NCBI GenBank assembly: GCA_004431415.1 | Contig: QPMI01000103.1 | Span: 1 to 64,000 of the forward strand | DNA length: 64,000 nt | Direction: 5' to 3' | Origin: Cyanophora paradoxa CCMP329 | Lineage: Eukaryota > Plantae > Glaucophyta | The notes under the pieces: generated by a model | Databases searched by the model: none | What the model saw: the letters and a program-made list of their open reading frames with translations, nothing else | What the model was told of the DNA's origin: nothing | Translations under genes and position numbers: made by a program | In this document: positions 25,059-37,828 of the stretch, piece after piece | How the letters are laid out: each line of letters begins with the position of its first letter | How positions within the stretch are numbered: position 1 is the stretch's first letter

Positions 25059-27699
25059 CACTCCGAGTCACTCGAATTCGAATATTTATTAATTATAAAA
25101 TTAAATATATATATATATTTGTAAATCGAGAGCCCCGCATGCGCACGCCCTAGGCCTGGCCCCTGGCACGGCCGCCGAGCTAGCGCTGGGCAGCCTGGGC
25201 TCGACCACGCTGCCACCGTGGCACGGCGCCACCGGCGCCACGTTATATATATATCATAGTATAATTGAAAACGTTGCGCATGCCGCGATGCGCGCGCCCC
25301 GGGCCCCGCCCTGGCTCGGATCGTGCGGCCGGTCCTGGACCTGGCTCGCCTGCCGGTGCACTGCATGCGCCGGGTTATTCACGACGAGCTGCGTAATAGC
25401 CTGCAATCCGCCAACGAGAGAAAAAACATTATAAGCCACTGAAAACAGACTGCATATAGCTAACTATATCTGGGGCTAGCGCTTGACTGCGAAATCGCGC
25501 CTAGCTGCCTAGCAGATAAAGCTGCACGTCGCCTTCTGCCCTCGCCCCTGCTGCTCAGAAGCCTCTCCACTCCGGACCAGGCGCTATTTGGGGATTCCAT
25601 CGGCACTTGCAGCAGCACGTTCCCGCACTCGCCGCGCTGCGCGCGCCACGGTGAGCGGGCGGATCAAAGGAAGATTAGCGAGCAGCGAGCGGCAAGCGGG
25701 CGGCTGTGCAGCGCACCGAGGAGAGGGAGCAGCAGACGGGCTCGCCCCGCGTCCGGCGTCCCTCGACCGCGATGGCGACGGCGCAGCGCTCGCTGCACTC
25801 GGGGCGTAACTCTAAAGAAGAGAAGAATGCGCGCCGGCAAACGACCGCACCTGCCGCACCAGGCGCACCGGCCCCAGAAACCGCAAGCACATGAACTCCG
25901 AGGGCGCCAATCAGCCACGCGTCCGAGAACGGCACCCGCTCCGCTGCGCACGCGGCCGGCGTCACAACAACATCGAAGCAAAAACATCTGAAACAAGAGC
26001 GAGCACCTGGCCTGCGGGAGAAGACGCTAGGCGAACTGGGTGGCGGTGCTCTGCTCGCGCGGGCCAGTCACGCCGTTCCCTGGCCCGCCAGCGGAATGAG
26101 GGATTGGAGCAAAGGAGATGAAACGAAAAGCACCTTGCTTCGCCTCGGCAGCCGCCTTCTCCTTTCTGCGCGTGCCTGTCAACCGCAGGAGTACTCACCA
26201 GCGGCGGCCGGGCTGCGAATGCAGATCAAAGGCGCTTGAAGAGGCAAGAACGACGCGTTCACGAGCGTTCTCCGCCACGAGCAGGGGCCCTCTGCGCTGG
26301 CGCAGCGCTCTGCGTTTGAAATCCGGCCGGCGACAGGCGGGGGACGCGAGAGGATGCAAGTAGGCACCTTCGAGCGTCGTTCGCGCTCGAGGCTCGTCAA
26401 GTTCGCGGCAGCTGTGCGGTCCGTTTGACCTGTTTGAAATGCGGAGTAAGGACCGGATGCGCTGCGGTGGAGAGCCCAGCGCCGACGAACCGAGAGTCCA
26501 TCGCGTCCCGTGCTGGAGGCCGCACAGTTCTTGCCCTGCAGCTGCGTGCTCTTCAAAGCGTTCCAAGGTCGCGTATTTGGGGTACACAGCTGTTCGGCGA
26601 AAGCGGCACCCCGCCTTGCGAGACCAAACAGCGAGGGCGCCTGACGCCCCTCCGCTCAGCTTTTCGAGGACGCCTGAAGCGGTCCCGGCTCCTTCGCAGC
26701 TGGCTCAGTACCGCGCACGTTGGCGGAACTTCGGAAGCTCGCAGACGCGGCGCGCGGCCCTTTAGTTAGCTATAGCTAGGCGCATGTGGTCCGTGCTCTC
26801 GCAGCTGGGTCTATTCCCTGGCGTGGCCGTGTTTCCGTGCGGCGCTGCGTTAACGGCCTGCAGCTGCCTTCCTCCCACAAACCGACGACGTGCGTCTATG
26901 CCGTGCCTTCCGCGTCCCCGCGTGTCGTACAGCTCACTCGATTTCGCAGGATCGCCGGCGGTGAGCCCCGTCAGCCCAGTTGGTTGGCCCCGCGCCCAAG
27001 CCGAGTCAAGGTGCGGCTATAGCTACCGCCTGGACGGGGTGCGGGAACAGGCGGGCTGCCGCCCGTTTCTCGCTGTTAATCTCTCCTTCGTAGCGGGTGA
27101 TGGCGTGCCGGCGCACCGCTGGCGGCGAGCGCGCGCGCCCTGCAGCTGCCGAGCGCGTCGCCGAGCGCGCCGGGTGCGCCGCCAGACCATAGCTTTGCGT
27201 TCAGCGGCGCGCGAACGCATGGCTCACGATTCTTGCTTGCGTTCCAGGCGCTGGGTCACGCGCGCCGTCTCCAGGCTCCGAATTCTGGACCCCTCTTCCA
27301 CAGCCTGGTGAGCCTCAGGCTTAGACGAGGCGAATTGAGCGGCATGTGTGCGCACGCGTCGCTGACAAGGCGCTCTTGTCGCGCAGGATGATCGAGTCCC
27401 GGGGCGATGGTCGGAGGGAGCGGAGGGCGGCAGCATGGATTGCACGGCGGGGCGTAGGATCGGCGGGCGGCGGCCCGGGGCGCACGCCTCGCGCGCCGCC
27501 GGCTGCCCGCCCGCCCCGTCCCGCCCCGGCGCCGTCGCTTCGCCCGCCCCATCGCTTTCGCCCCGCCCCGCAGAGTCGGTGCGCCGTGCCAAGCGCCCGC
27601 CCGGCCCAGCCCGGCCTGCCTGCTGCTGACGCCCTCGCTGCTATCGCAGGGGTTAACGCCGGGACAACGTCCTCAGGGGACAGCACCGGGGGTCGCGGA

Positions 27700-28730
27700 A
27701 GCTCAGCAGGCGGCGGCGCGGTGGGCGGCGGCGCGGCTCGGCGGGCGGGGCAGAGGCGCGGCGGGCGGCGGCGCGGCTCGGCGGGCGGCGGCACGGCTCG
27801 CCGGGAGGGGCGGCGGCGCAGCGGGCGGCGCGCAGCTCGCCGGGCGGCGGCGGGCGAGCGGCGGGCGGCTGCGCGGCTCGGCGGGCGGGCGGAGGCGCGG
27901 CGGGCGGCGGCGCGGCTCGCCAGGCGGCGGCGGACGAGCGGCGGGCGGCTGCGCGGCTCGCCGGGCGGCGGCAGACGAGCGGCGGGCGGCTGCGCGGCTT
28001 GCCGGGCGGCGGCAGACGACCGGCGGGCGGCGGCACGGCTCGCCGGGTGGGGCGGAGGCGCGGCGGGCGGCCACGCGGCCAGACTGGCAGGGCGGGGGCT
28101 CGGCGGGCGGCGGCGCGGCTCGCCGGGAGGGGCGGCGGCGCAGCGGGCGGCGCGCAGCTCGCCGGGCGGGGCGGAGGCGCGGCGGACGGCGGAGCCGCTC
28201 GCCGGGCGGCGGAGGCGCGGCGGGCGGCGGCGCGGCTCGCCGGGCGGCGGCAGACGAGCGGCGGGCGGCTGCGCGGCTTGCCGGGCGGCGGCGGACGAGC
28301 GGCGGGCGGCGGCACGGCTCGCCGGGTGGGGCGGAGGCGCGGCGGGCGGCCACGCGGCCAGACTGGCAGGGCGGGGGCTCGGCGGGCGGCGGCGCGGCTC
28401 GCCGGGAGGGCGGCGGCGCAGCGGGCGGCGCGCAGCTCGCCGGGCGGGGCGGAGGCGCGGCGGGCGGCGGAGCCGCTCGCCGGCGGGGCGGAGGCGCGGC
28501 GGGCGGCGGCGCGGCTCGCCGGGCGGCGGCGGACGAGCGGCGGGCGGCAGCGCGGCTCGCCGGGCGGCGGCAGACGAGCGGCGGACGGCGGCACGGCTCG
28601 CCGTGTGGGCGGAGGCGCGGCGGGCGGCCACGCGGCCAGACTGGCAGGGCGGGGGCTCGGCGGGCGGCGGCGCGGCTCGCGGGGCGGGGCGGAGGAGCGG
28701 TGGGCGGCTGCACGGCTCGGCAGGCTGGAC
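27700..28730 (+). repeat. GC-rich minisatellite (left arm)
   Basis: GGCGGGCGGCGGCGCGGCTCGCCG-type units with ~300-bp higher-order blocks. Confidence 0.9.
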
Positions 28731-28739
28731 GGAGAATCG

Positions 28740-31467
28740 GTTGCAGGGCAGCGCAGCCTCGGTTCTGTCTTAAACCGACTTCATAATCAAATCTAGCGCC
28801 CTCTAGAACCCGCAACAGCATGCTGGGAGCTGGATGAGATATGGGCCCCGAGTTTCAATTTGGCTCGCAGTGAGGATCTGAGCACCCATATGCATGCATG
28901 CAGTGTTCATGATGATCATGATCACTGATCATGAGGCTTTGCAAAGATCCCGACCTTTTGACTGACTGGAGAAGTGTACCTAGGCTATATCAAAGGCGCT
29001 AGATTTGATTTTGATGGTGGCAAGCGCTGAAAAGGTGCTTGTACCTCGCCAAGCAATTGTGGGCCCCAATTGCCAACACTTCATTTGTGCCATGTCGCAG
29101 GGCAGCACAGCCTCGGAACTATCTTCAACCGACTTCATAATCAAATCTAGCGCCCTCGAGAACCCCCAACAGCATACTGGGGGTGGATGAGATATGGGCC
29201 CGAGTTTCAATTTGGCTCGCAGTGAGGATCTGAGCACCTCTGCATGCAGTGTTCATGATGATCATGATCACTGATCATGAGGCTTTGCAAAGATCCCGAC
29301 CTTTTGACTGACTGGAGAAGTGTACCTAGGCTATATCAAAGGCGCTAGATTTGATTTTGATGGTGGCAAGCGCTGAAAAGGTGCTTGTACCTCGCCAAGC
29401 AATTGTGGGCCCAATTGCCAACACTTCATTTGTGCCAAGTTGCAGGGCAGCGCAGCCTCGGGTCTGTCTTCAACCGACTTCATAATCAAATCTAGCGCCC
29501 TCGAGAACCCCCAACAGCATACTGGGGGGTGGATGAGATATGGGCCCCGAGTTTCAATTTGGCTCGCAGTGAGGATCTGAGCACCTCTGCATGCAGTCAC
29601 TGAGTGTTCATGATGATCATGATCACTGATCATGAGGCTTTGCAAAGATCCCGACCTTTTGACTGACTGGAGAAGTGTACCTAGGCTATATCAAAGGCGC
29701 TAGATTTGATTTTGATGGTGGCAAGCGCTGAAAAGGTGCTTGTACCTCGCCAAGCAATTGCGGGCCCCAATTGCCAACACTTCATTTGTGCCATCATGGC
29801 ATGTCGCAGGGCAGCACAGCCTCGGAACTATCTTCAACCGACTTCATAATCAAATCTAGCGCCCTCTAGAACCCCCAACAGCATACTGGGGGGTGGATGA
29901 GATATGGGCCCCGAGTTTCAATTCGGCTCGCAGTGAGGATCTGAGCACCTCTGCATGCAGTGTTCATGATGATCATGCCATGATGATCACTGATCATGAG
30001 GCTTTGCAAAGATCCCGACCTTTTGACTGACTGGAGAAGTGTACCTAGGCTATATCAAAGGCGCTAGATTTGATTTTGATGGTGGCAAGCGCTGAAAAGG
30101 TGCTTGTACCTCGCCAAGCAATTGTGGGCCCCAATTGCCAACACTTCATTTGTGCCATGTCGCAGGGCAGCACAGCCTCGGAACTATCTTCAACCGACTT
30201 CATAATCAAATCTAGTGCCCTCGAGAACCCCCAACAGCATACTGGGGGGTGGATGAGATATGGGCCCCGAGTTTCAATTTGGCTCGCAGTGAGGATCTGA
30301 GCACCCATGCATGCAGTGTTCATGATGATCATGATCACTGATCATGAGGCTTTGCAAAGATCCCGACCTTTTGACTGACTGGAGAAGTGTACCTAGGCTA
30401 TATCAAAGGCGCTAGATTTGATTTTGATGGTGGCAAGCGCTGAAAAGGTGCTTGTACCTCGCCAAGCAATTGTGGGCCCCAATTGCCAACACTTCATTTG
30501 TGCCATGTCGCAGAGCAACACAGCCTCGGAACTATCTTCAACCGACTTCATAATCAAATCTAGCGCCCTCGAGAACCCCCAACAGCATACTGGGGGGTGG
30601 ATGAGATATGGGCCCCGAGTTTCACTTTGGCTCGCAGTGAGGATCTGAGCACCCATGCATGCAGTGTTCATGATGATCATGATCACTGATCATGATCATG
30701 AGGCTTTGCAAAGATCCCGACCTTTTGACTGACTGGAGAAGTGTACCTAGGCTATATCAAAGGCGCTAGATTTGATTTTGATGGTGGCAAGCGCTGAAAA
30801 GGTGCTTGTACCTCGCCAAGCAATTGTGGGCCCCAATTGCCAACACTTCATTTGTGCCATGTCGCAGGGCAGCACAGCCTCGGAACTATCTTCAACCGAC
30901 TTCATAATCAAATCTAGCGCCCTCGAGAACCCCCAACAGCATACTGGGGGGTGGATGAGATATGGGCCCCGAGTTTCAATTTGGCTCGCAGTGAGGATCT
31001 GAGCACCCATGCATGCAGTGTTCATGATGATCATGATCACTGATCATGAGGCTTTGCAAAGATCCCGACCTTTTGACTGACTGGAGAAGTGTACCTAGGC
31101 TATATCAAAGGCGCTAGATTTGATTTTGATGGTGGCAAGCGCTGAAAAGGTGCTTGTACCTCGCCAAGCAATTGTGGGCCCCAATTGCCAACACTTCATT
31201 TGTGCCATGTCGCAGAGCAACACAGCCTCGGAACTATCTTCAACCGACTTCATAATCAAATCTAGCGCCCTCGAGAACCCCCAACAGCATACTGGGGGGT
31301 GGATGAGATATGGGCCCCGAGTTTCAATTTGGCTCGCAGTGAGGATCTGAGCACCCATGCATGCAGTGTTCATGATGATCATGATCACTGATCATGATCA
31401 TGAGGCTTTGCAAAGATCCCGACCTTTTGACTGACTGGAGAAGTGTACCTAGGCTATATCAAAGGCG
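28740..31467 (-). repeat. ~348-bp tandem satellite, ~8 copies (left arm)
   Basis: GTACCTAGGCTATATCAAAGG recurs at ~28976, 29322, 29677, 30041, 30389, 30743, 31091 and 31445. Confidence 0.95.
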
Positions 31468-33535
31468 AGGCACAAGCACCTTTTCAGCGCTTGCCACCAT
31501 CAAAATCAAATCTAGCGCCTTTGATATAGCCTAGGTACACTTCTCCAGTCAGTCAAAAGGTCGGGATCTTTGCAAAGCCTCATGATCAGTGATCATGATC
31601 ATCATGAACACTGCATGCATGGGTGCTCAGATCCTCACTGCGAGCCAAATTGAAACTCGGGGCCCATATCTCATCCACCCCCCAGTATGCTGTTGGGGGT
31701 TCTCGAGGGCGCTAGATTTGATTATGAAGTCGGTTGAAGATAGTTCCGAGGCTGTGCTGCCCTGCGACATGGCACAAATGAAGTGTTGGCAATTGGGGCC
31801 CACAATTGCTTGGCGAGGTACAAGCACCTTTTCAGCGCTTGCCACCATCAAAATCAAATCTAGCGCCTTTGATATAGCCTAGGTACACTTCTCCAGTCAG
31901 TCAAAAGGTCGGGATCTTTGCAAAGCCTCATGATCAGTGATCATGATCATCATGAACACTGCATGCATGGGTGCTCAGATCCTCACTGCGAGCCAAATTG
32001 AAACTCGGGGCCCATATCTCATCCACCCCCCAGTATGCTGTTGGGGGTTCTCGAGGGCGCTAGATTTGATTATGAAGTCGGTTGAAGATAGTTCCGAGGC
32101 TGTGCTGCCCTGCGACATGGCACAAATGAAGTGTTGGCAATTGGGGCCCACAATTGCTTGGCGAGGTACAAGCACCTTTTCAGCGCTTGCCACCATCAAA
32201 ATCAAATCTAGCGCCTTTGATATAGCCTAGGTACACTTCTCCAGTCAGTCAAAAGGTCGGGATCTTTGCAAAGCCTCATGATCAGTGATCATCATGGCAT
32301 GATCATCATGAACACTGCATGCAGAGGTGCTCAGATCCTCACTGCGAGCCGAATTGAAACTCGGGGCCCATATCTCATCCACCCCCAGTATGCTGTTGGG
32401 GTTCTAGAGGGCGCTAGATTTGATTATGAAGTCGGTTGAAGATAGTTCCGAGGCTGTGCTGCCCTGCGACATGCCATGATGGCACAAATGAAGTGTTGGC
32501 AATTGGGGCCCGCAATTGCTTGGCGAGGTACAAGCACCTTTTCAGCGCTTGCCACCATCAAAATCAAATCTAGCGCCTTTGATATAGCCTAGGTACACTT
32601 CTCCAGTCAGTCAAAAGGTCGGGATCTTTGCAAAGCCTCATGATCAGTGATCATGATCATCATGAACACTCAGTGACTGCATGCAGAGGTGCTCAGATCC
32701 TCACTGCGAGCCAAATTGAAACTCGGGGCCCATATCTCATCCACCCCCCAGTATGCTGTTGGGGGTTCTCGAGGGCGCTAGATTTGATTATGAAGTCGGT
32801 TGAAGACAGACCCGAGGCTGCGCTGCCCTGCAACTTGGCACAAATGAAGTGTTGGCAATTGGGGCCCACAATTGCTTGGCGAGGTACAAGCACCTTTTCA
32901 GCGCTTGCCACCATCAAAATCAAATCTAGCGCCTTTGATATAGCCTAGGTACACTTCTCCAGTCAGTCAAAAGGTCGGGATCTTTGCAAAGCCTCATGAT
33001 CAGTGATCATGATCATCATGAACACTGCATGCAGAGGTGCTCAGATCCTCACTGCGAGCCAAATTGAAACTCGGGGCCCATATCTCATCCACCCCCCAGT
33101 ATGCTGTTGGGGGTTCTCGAGGGCGCTAGATTTGATTATGAAGTCGGTTGAAGATAGTTCCGAGGCTGTGCTGCCCTGCGACATGGCACAAATGAAGTGT
33201 TGGCAATTGGGGCCCACAATTGCTTGGCGAGGTACAAGCACCTTTTCAGCGCTTGCCACCATCAAAATCAAATCTAGCGCCTTTGATATAGCCTAGGTAC
33301 ACTTCTCCAGTCAGTCAAAAGGTCGGGATCTTTGCAAAGCCTCATGATCAGTGATCATGATCATCATGAACACTGCATGCATGCATATGGGTGCTCAGAT
33401 CCTCACTGCGAGCCAAATTGAAACTCGGGGCCCATATCTCATCCAGCTCCCAGCATGCTGTTGCGGGTTCTAGAGGGCGCTAGATTTGATTATGAAGTCG
33501 GTTTAAGACAGAACGAGGCTGCGCTGCCTGCAACC
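31464..33535 (+). repeat. ~348-bp tandem satellite, ~6 copies, inverted orientation (right arm)
   Basis: CTAGGTACAC recurs at ~31531, 31879, 32227, 32589, 32945 and 33293. Variant units mirror those of the left arm. Confidence 0.95.
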
Positions 33536-33544
33536 GATTCTCCG

Positions 33545-34965
33545 TCCAGCCTGCCGAGCCGTGCAGCCGCCCACCGCTCCTCCGCCCCGCCCCGCGAGCC
33601 GCGCCGCCGCCCGCCGAGCCCCCGCCCTGCCAGTCTGGCCGCGTGGCCGCCCGCCGCGCCTCCGCCCCACACGGCGAGCCGTGCCGCCGTCCGCCGCTCG
33701 TCTGCCGCCGCCCGGCGAGCCGCGCTGCCGCCCGCCGCTCGTCCGCCGCCGCCCGGCGAGCCGCGCCGCCGCCCGCCGCGCCTCCGCCCCGCCCGGCGAG
33801 CGGCTCCGCCGCCCGCCGCGCCTCCGCCCCGCCCGGCGAGCTGCGCGCCGCCCGCTGCGCCGCCGCCCCTCCCGGCGAGCCGCGCCGCCGCCCGCCGAGC
33901 CCCGCCCTGCCAGTCTGGCCGCGTGGCCGCCCGCCGCGCCTCCGCCCACCCGGCGAGCCGTGCCGCCGCCCGCCGCTCGTCCGCCGCCGCCCGGCAAGCC
34001 GCGCAGCCGCCCGCCGCTCGTCTGCCGCCGCCCGGCGAGCCGCGCCGCCGCCCGCCGCGCCTCCGCCGCCCGGCGAGCGGCTCCGCCGTCCGCCGCGCCT
34101 CCGCCCCGCCCGGCGAGCTGCGCGCCGCCCGCTGCGCCGCCGCCCCTCCCGGCGAGCCGCGCCGCCGCCCGCCGCGCCTCCGCCCCGCCCGGCGAGCGGC
34201 TCCGCCGCCCGCCGCGCCTCCGCCCCGCCCGGCGAGCTGCGCGCCGCCCGCTGCGCCGCCGCCCCTCCCGGCGAGCCGCGCCGCCGCCCGCCGAGCCCCC
34301 GCCCTGCCAGTCTGGCCGCGTGGCCGCCCGCCGCGCCTCCGCCCCACCCGGCGAGCCGTGCCGCCGCCCGCCGCTCGTCCGCCGCCGCCCGGCAAGCCGC
34401 GCAGCCGCCCGCCGCTCGTCTGCCGCCGCCCGGCGAGCCGCGCCGCCGCCCGCCGCGCCTCCGCCGCCCGGCGAGCGGCTCCGCCGTCCGCCGCGCCTCC
34501 GCCCCGCCCGGCGAGCTGCGCGCCGCCCGCTGCGCCGCCGCCCCTCCCGGCGAGCCGCGCCGCCGCCCGCCGAGCCCCCGCCCTGCCAGTCTGGCCGCGT
34601 GGCCGCCCGCCGCGCCTCCGCCCCACCCGGCGAGCCGTGCCGCCGCCCGCCGCTCGTCTGCCGCCGCCCGGCAAGCCGCGCAGCCGCCCGCCGCTCGTCT
34701 GCCGCCGCCCGGCGAGCCGCGCAGCCGCCCGCCGCTCGTCCGCCGCCGCCTGGCGAGCCGCGCCGCCGCCCGCCGCGCCTCCGCCCGCCCGCCGAGCCGC
34801 GCAGCCGCCCGCCGCTCGCCCGCCGCCGCCCGGCGAGCTGCGCGCCGCCCGCTGCGCCGCCGCCCTCCCGGCGAGCCGTGCCGCCGCCCGCCGAGCCGCG
34901 CCGCCGCCCGCCGCGCCTCTGCCCCGCCCGCCGAGCCGCGCCGCCGCCCACCGCGCCGCCGCCTG
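33545..34965 (-). repeat. GC-rich minisatellite (right arm, expanded)
   Basis: Reverse complement of 27700-28730 with ~400 bp of extra units. Confidence 0.9.
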
Positions 34966-37828
34966 CTGAGCTTCCGCGACCCCGGTGCTGTCCCCTGAGG
35001 ACGTTGTCCCGGCGTTAACCCCTGCGATAGCAGCGAGGGCGTCAGCAGCAGGCAGGCCGGGCTGGGCCGGGCGGGCGCTTGGCACGGCGCACCGACTCTG
35101 CGGGGCGGGGCGAAAGCGATGGGGCGGGCGAAGCGACGGCGCCGGGGCGGGACGGGGCGGGCGGGCAGCCGGCGGCGCGCGAGGCGTGCGCCCCGGGCCG
35201 CCGCCCGCCGATCCTACGCCCCGCCGTGCAATCCATGCTGCCGCCCTCCGCTCCCTCCGACCATCGCCCCGGGACTCGATCATCCTGCGCGACAAGAGCG
35301 CCTTGTCAGCGACGCGTGCGCACACATGCCGCTCAATTCGCCTCGTCTAAGCCTGAGGCTCACCAGGCTGTGGAAGAGGGGTCCAGAATTCGGAGCCTGG
35401 AGACGGCGCGCGTGACCCAGCGCCTGGAACGCAAGCAAGAATCGTGAGCCATGCGTTCGCGCGCCGCTGAACGCAAAGCTATGGTCTGGCGGCGCACCCG
35501 GCGCGCTCGGCGACGCGCTCGGCAGCTGCAGGGCGCGCGCGCTCGCCGCCAGCGGTGCGCCGGCACGCCATCACCCGCTACGAAGGAGAGATTAACAGCG
35601 AGAAACGGGCGGCAGCCCGCCTGTTCCCGCACCCCGTCCAGGCGGTAGCTATAGCCGCACCTTGACTCGGCTTGGGCGCGGGGCCAACCAACTGGGCTGA
35701 CGGGCTCACCGCCGGCGATCCTGCGAAATCGAGTGAGCTGTACGACACGCGGGGACGCGGAAGGCACGGCATAGACGCACGTCGTCGGTTTGTGGGAGGA
35801 AGGCAGCTGCAGGCCGTTAACGCAGCGCCGCACGGAAACACGGCCACGCCAGGGAATAGACCCAGCTGCGAGAGCACGGACCACATGCGCCTAGCTATAG
35901 CTAACTAAAGGGCCGCGCGCCGCGTCTGCGAGCTTCCGAAGTTCCGCCAACGTGCGCGGTACTGAGCCAGCTGCGAAGGAGCCGGGACCGCTTCAGGCGT
36001 CCTCGAAAAGCTGAGCGGAGGGGCGTCAGGCGCCCTCGCTGTTTGGTCTCGCAAGGCGGGGTGCCGCTTTCGCCGAACAGCTGTGTACCCCAAATACGCG
36101 ACCTTGGAACGCTTTGAAGAGCACGCAGCTGCAGGGCAAGAACTGTGCGGCCTCCAGCACGGGACGCGATGGACTCTCGGTTCGTCGGCGCTGGGCTCTC
36201 CACCGCAGCGCATCCGGTCCTTACTCCGCATTTCAAACAGGTCAAACGGACCGCACAGCTGCCGCGAACTTGACGAGCCTCGAGCGCGAACGACGCTCGA
36301 AGGTGCCTACTTGCATCCTCTCGCGTCCCCCGCCTGTCGCCGGCCGGATTTCAAACGCAGAGCGCTGCGCCAGCGCAGAGGGCCCCTGCTCGTGGCGGAG
36401 AACGCTCGTGAACGCGTCGTTCTTGCCTCTTCAAGCGCCTTTGATCTGCATTCGCAGCCCGGCCGCCGCTGGTGAGTACTCCTGCGGTTGACAGGCACGC
36501 GCAGAAAGGAGAAGGCGGCTGCCGAGGCGAAGCAAGGTGCTTTTCGTTTCATCTCCTTTGCTCCAATCCCTCATTCCGCTGGCGGGCCAGGGAACGGCGT
36601 GACTGGCCCGCGCGAGCAGAGCACCGCCACCCAGTTCGCCTAGCGTCTTCTCCCGCAGGCCAGGTGCTCGCTCTTGTTTCAGATGTTTTTGCTTCGATGT
36701 TGTTGTGACGCCGGCCGCGTGCGCAGCGGAGCGGGTGCCGTTCTCGGACGCGTGGCTGATTGGCGCCCTCGGAGTTCATGTGCTTGCGGTTTCTGGGGGC
36801 CGGTGCGCCTGGTGCGGCAGGTGCGGTCGTTTGCCGGCGCGCATTCTTCTCTTCTTTAGAGTTACGCCCCGAGTGCAGCGAGCGCTGCGCCGTCGCCATC
36901 GCGGTCGAGGGACGCCGGACGCGGGGCGAGCCCGTCTGCTGCTCCCTCTCCTCGGTGCGCTGCACAGCCGCCCGCTTGCCGCTCGCTGCTCGCTAATCTT
37001 CCTTTGATCCGCCCGCTCACCGTGGCGCGCGCAGCGCGGCGAGTGCGGGAACGTGCTGCTGCAAGTGCCGATGGAATCCCCAAATAGCGCCTGGTCCGGA
37101 GTGGAGAGGCTTCTGAGCAGCAGGGGCGAGGGGCAGAAGGCGACGTGCAGCTTTATCTGCTAGGCAGCTAGGCGCGATTTCGCAGTCAAGCGCTAGCCCC
37201 CAGATATAGTTAGCTATATGCAGTCTGTTTTCAGTGGCTTATAATGTTTTTTCTCTCGTTGGCGGATTGCAGGCTATTACGCAGCTCGTCGTGAATAACC
37301 CGGCGCATGCAGTGCACCGGCAGGCGAGCCAGGTCCAGGACCGGCCGCACGATCCGAGCCAGGGCGGGGCCCGGGGCGCGCGCATCGCGGCATGCGCAAC
37401 GTTTTCAATTATACTATGATATATATATAACGTGGCGCCGGTGGCGCCGTGCCACGGTGGCAGCGTGGTCGAGCCCAGGCTGCCCAGCGCTAGCTCGGCG
37501 GCCGTGCCAGGGGCCAGGCCTAGGGCGTGCGCATGCGGGGCTCTCGATTTACAAATATATATATATTTAATTTTATAATTAATAAATATTCGAATTCGAG
37601 TGACTCGGAGTGACTCGGGCTGACCCGGGCTGACTCGGGCTGACTCGAACAAATTTTCACCGACCCGGAGTGACCCGGAGTGACTCGGGCTGACTCGGGC
37701 TGACTCGGATTTCGAGTCATTTCCGGAGTGACTCGGGTTTCGAGTCAATGACTCGGGTTCGAGTCATTTTTCGAGTCAATGACTCGGGTTTCGAGTCAAT
37801 GACTCGGTGGCACAAAAGTCCCGGGATA

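Larger units (their letters stand above)
24681..37828. mobile_element. 13.1-kb foldback (palindromic) element with TATCC...GGATA ends
   Basis: 24681-31467 is the reverse complement of ~31515-37828, and the ORF track is mirrored. The flanks are GCCGAG (24675-24680) and GCCGAC (37829-37834). No coding domain was recognised. Confidence 0.88.

Noticed and set aside
28980-33296. Repeated 97-aa and 76-aa ORFs as a tandem gene family
   Set aside because: They are broken by frame-disrupting indels in several units, are open on both strands and have no recognisable domain. Satellite DNA explains them better.
28740-33535. CRISPR-like array
   Set aside because: The whole units are repeated with no unique spacers, there are no cas genes, and the context is eukaryotic.
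27321-35325. Long A/R/P/G-rich ORFs in the palindrome arms
   Set aside because: They are minisatellite artefacts, and the frames differ between the mirrored arms.
24681-37828. Pure sequencing fold-back artefact
   Set aside because: The arms differ by a TSD-flanked insertion and by repeat counts, and they end at transposon-like termini. Read-level confirmation is still needed.
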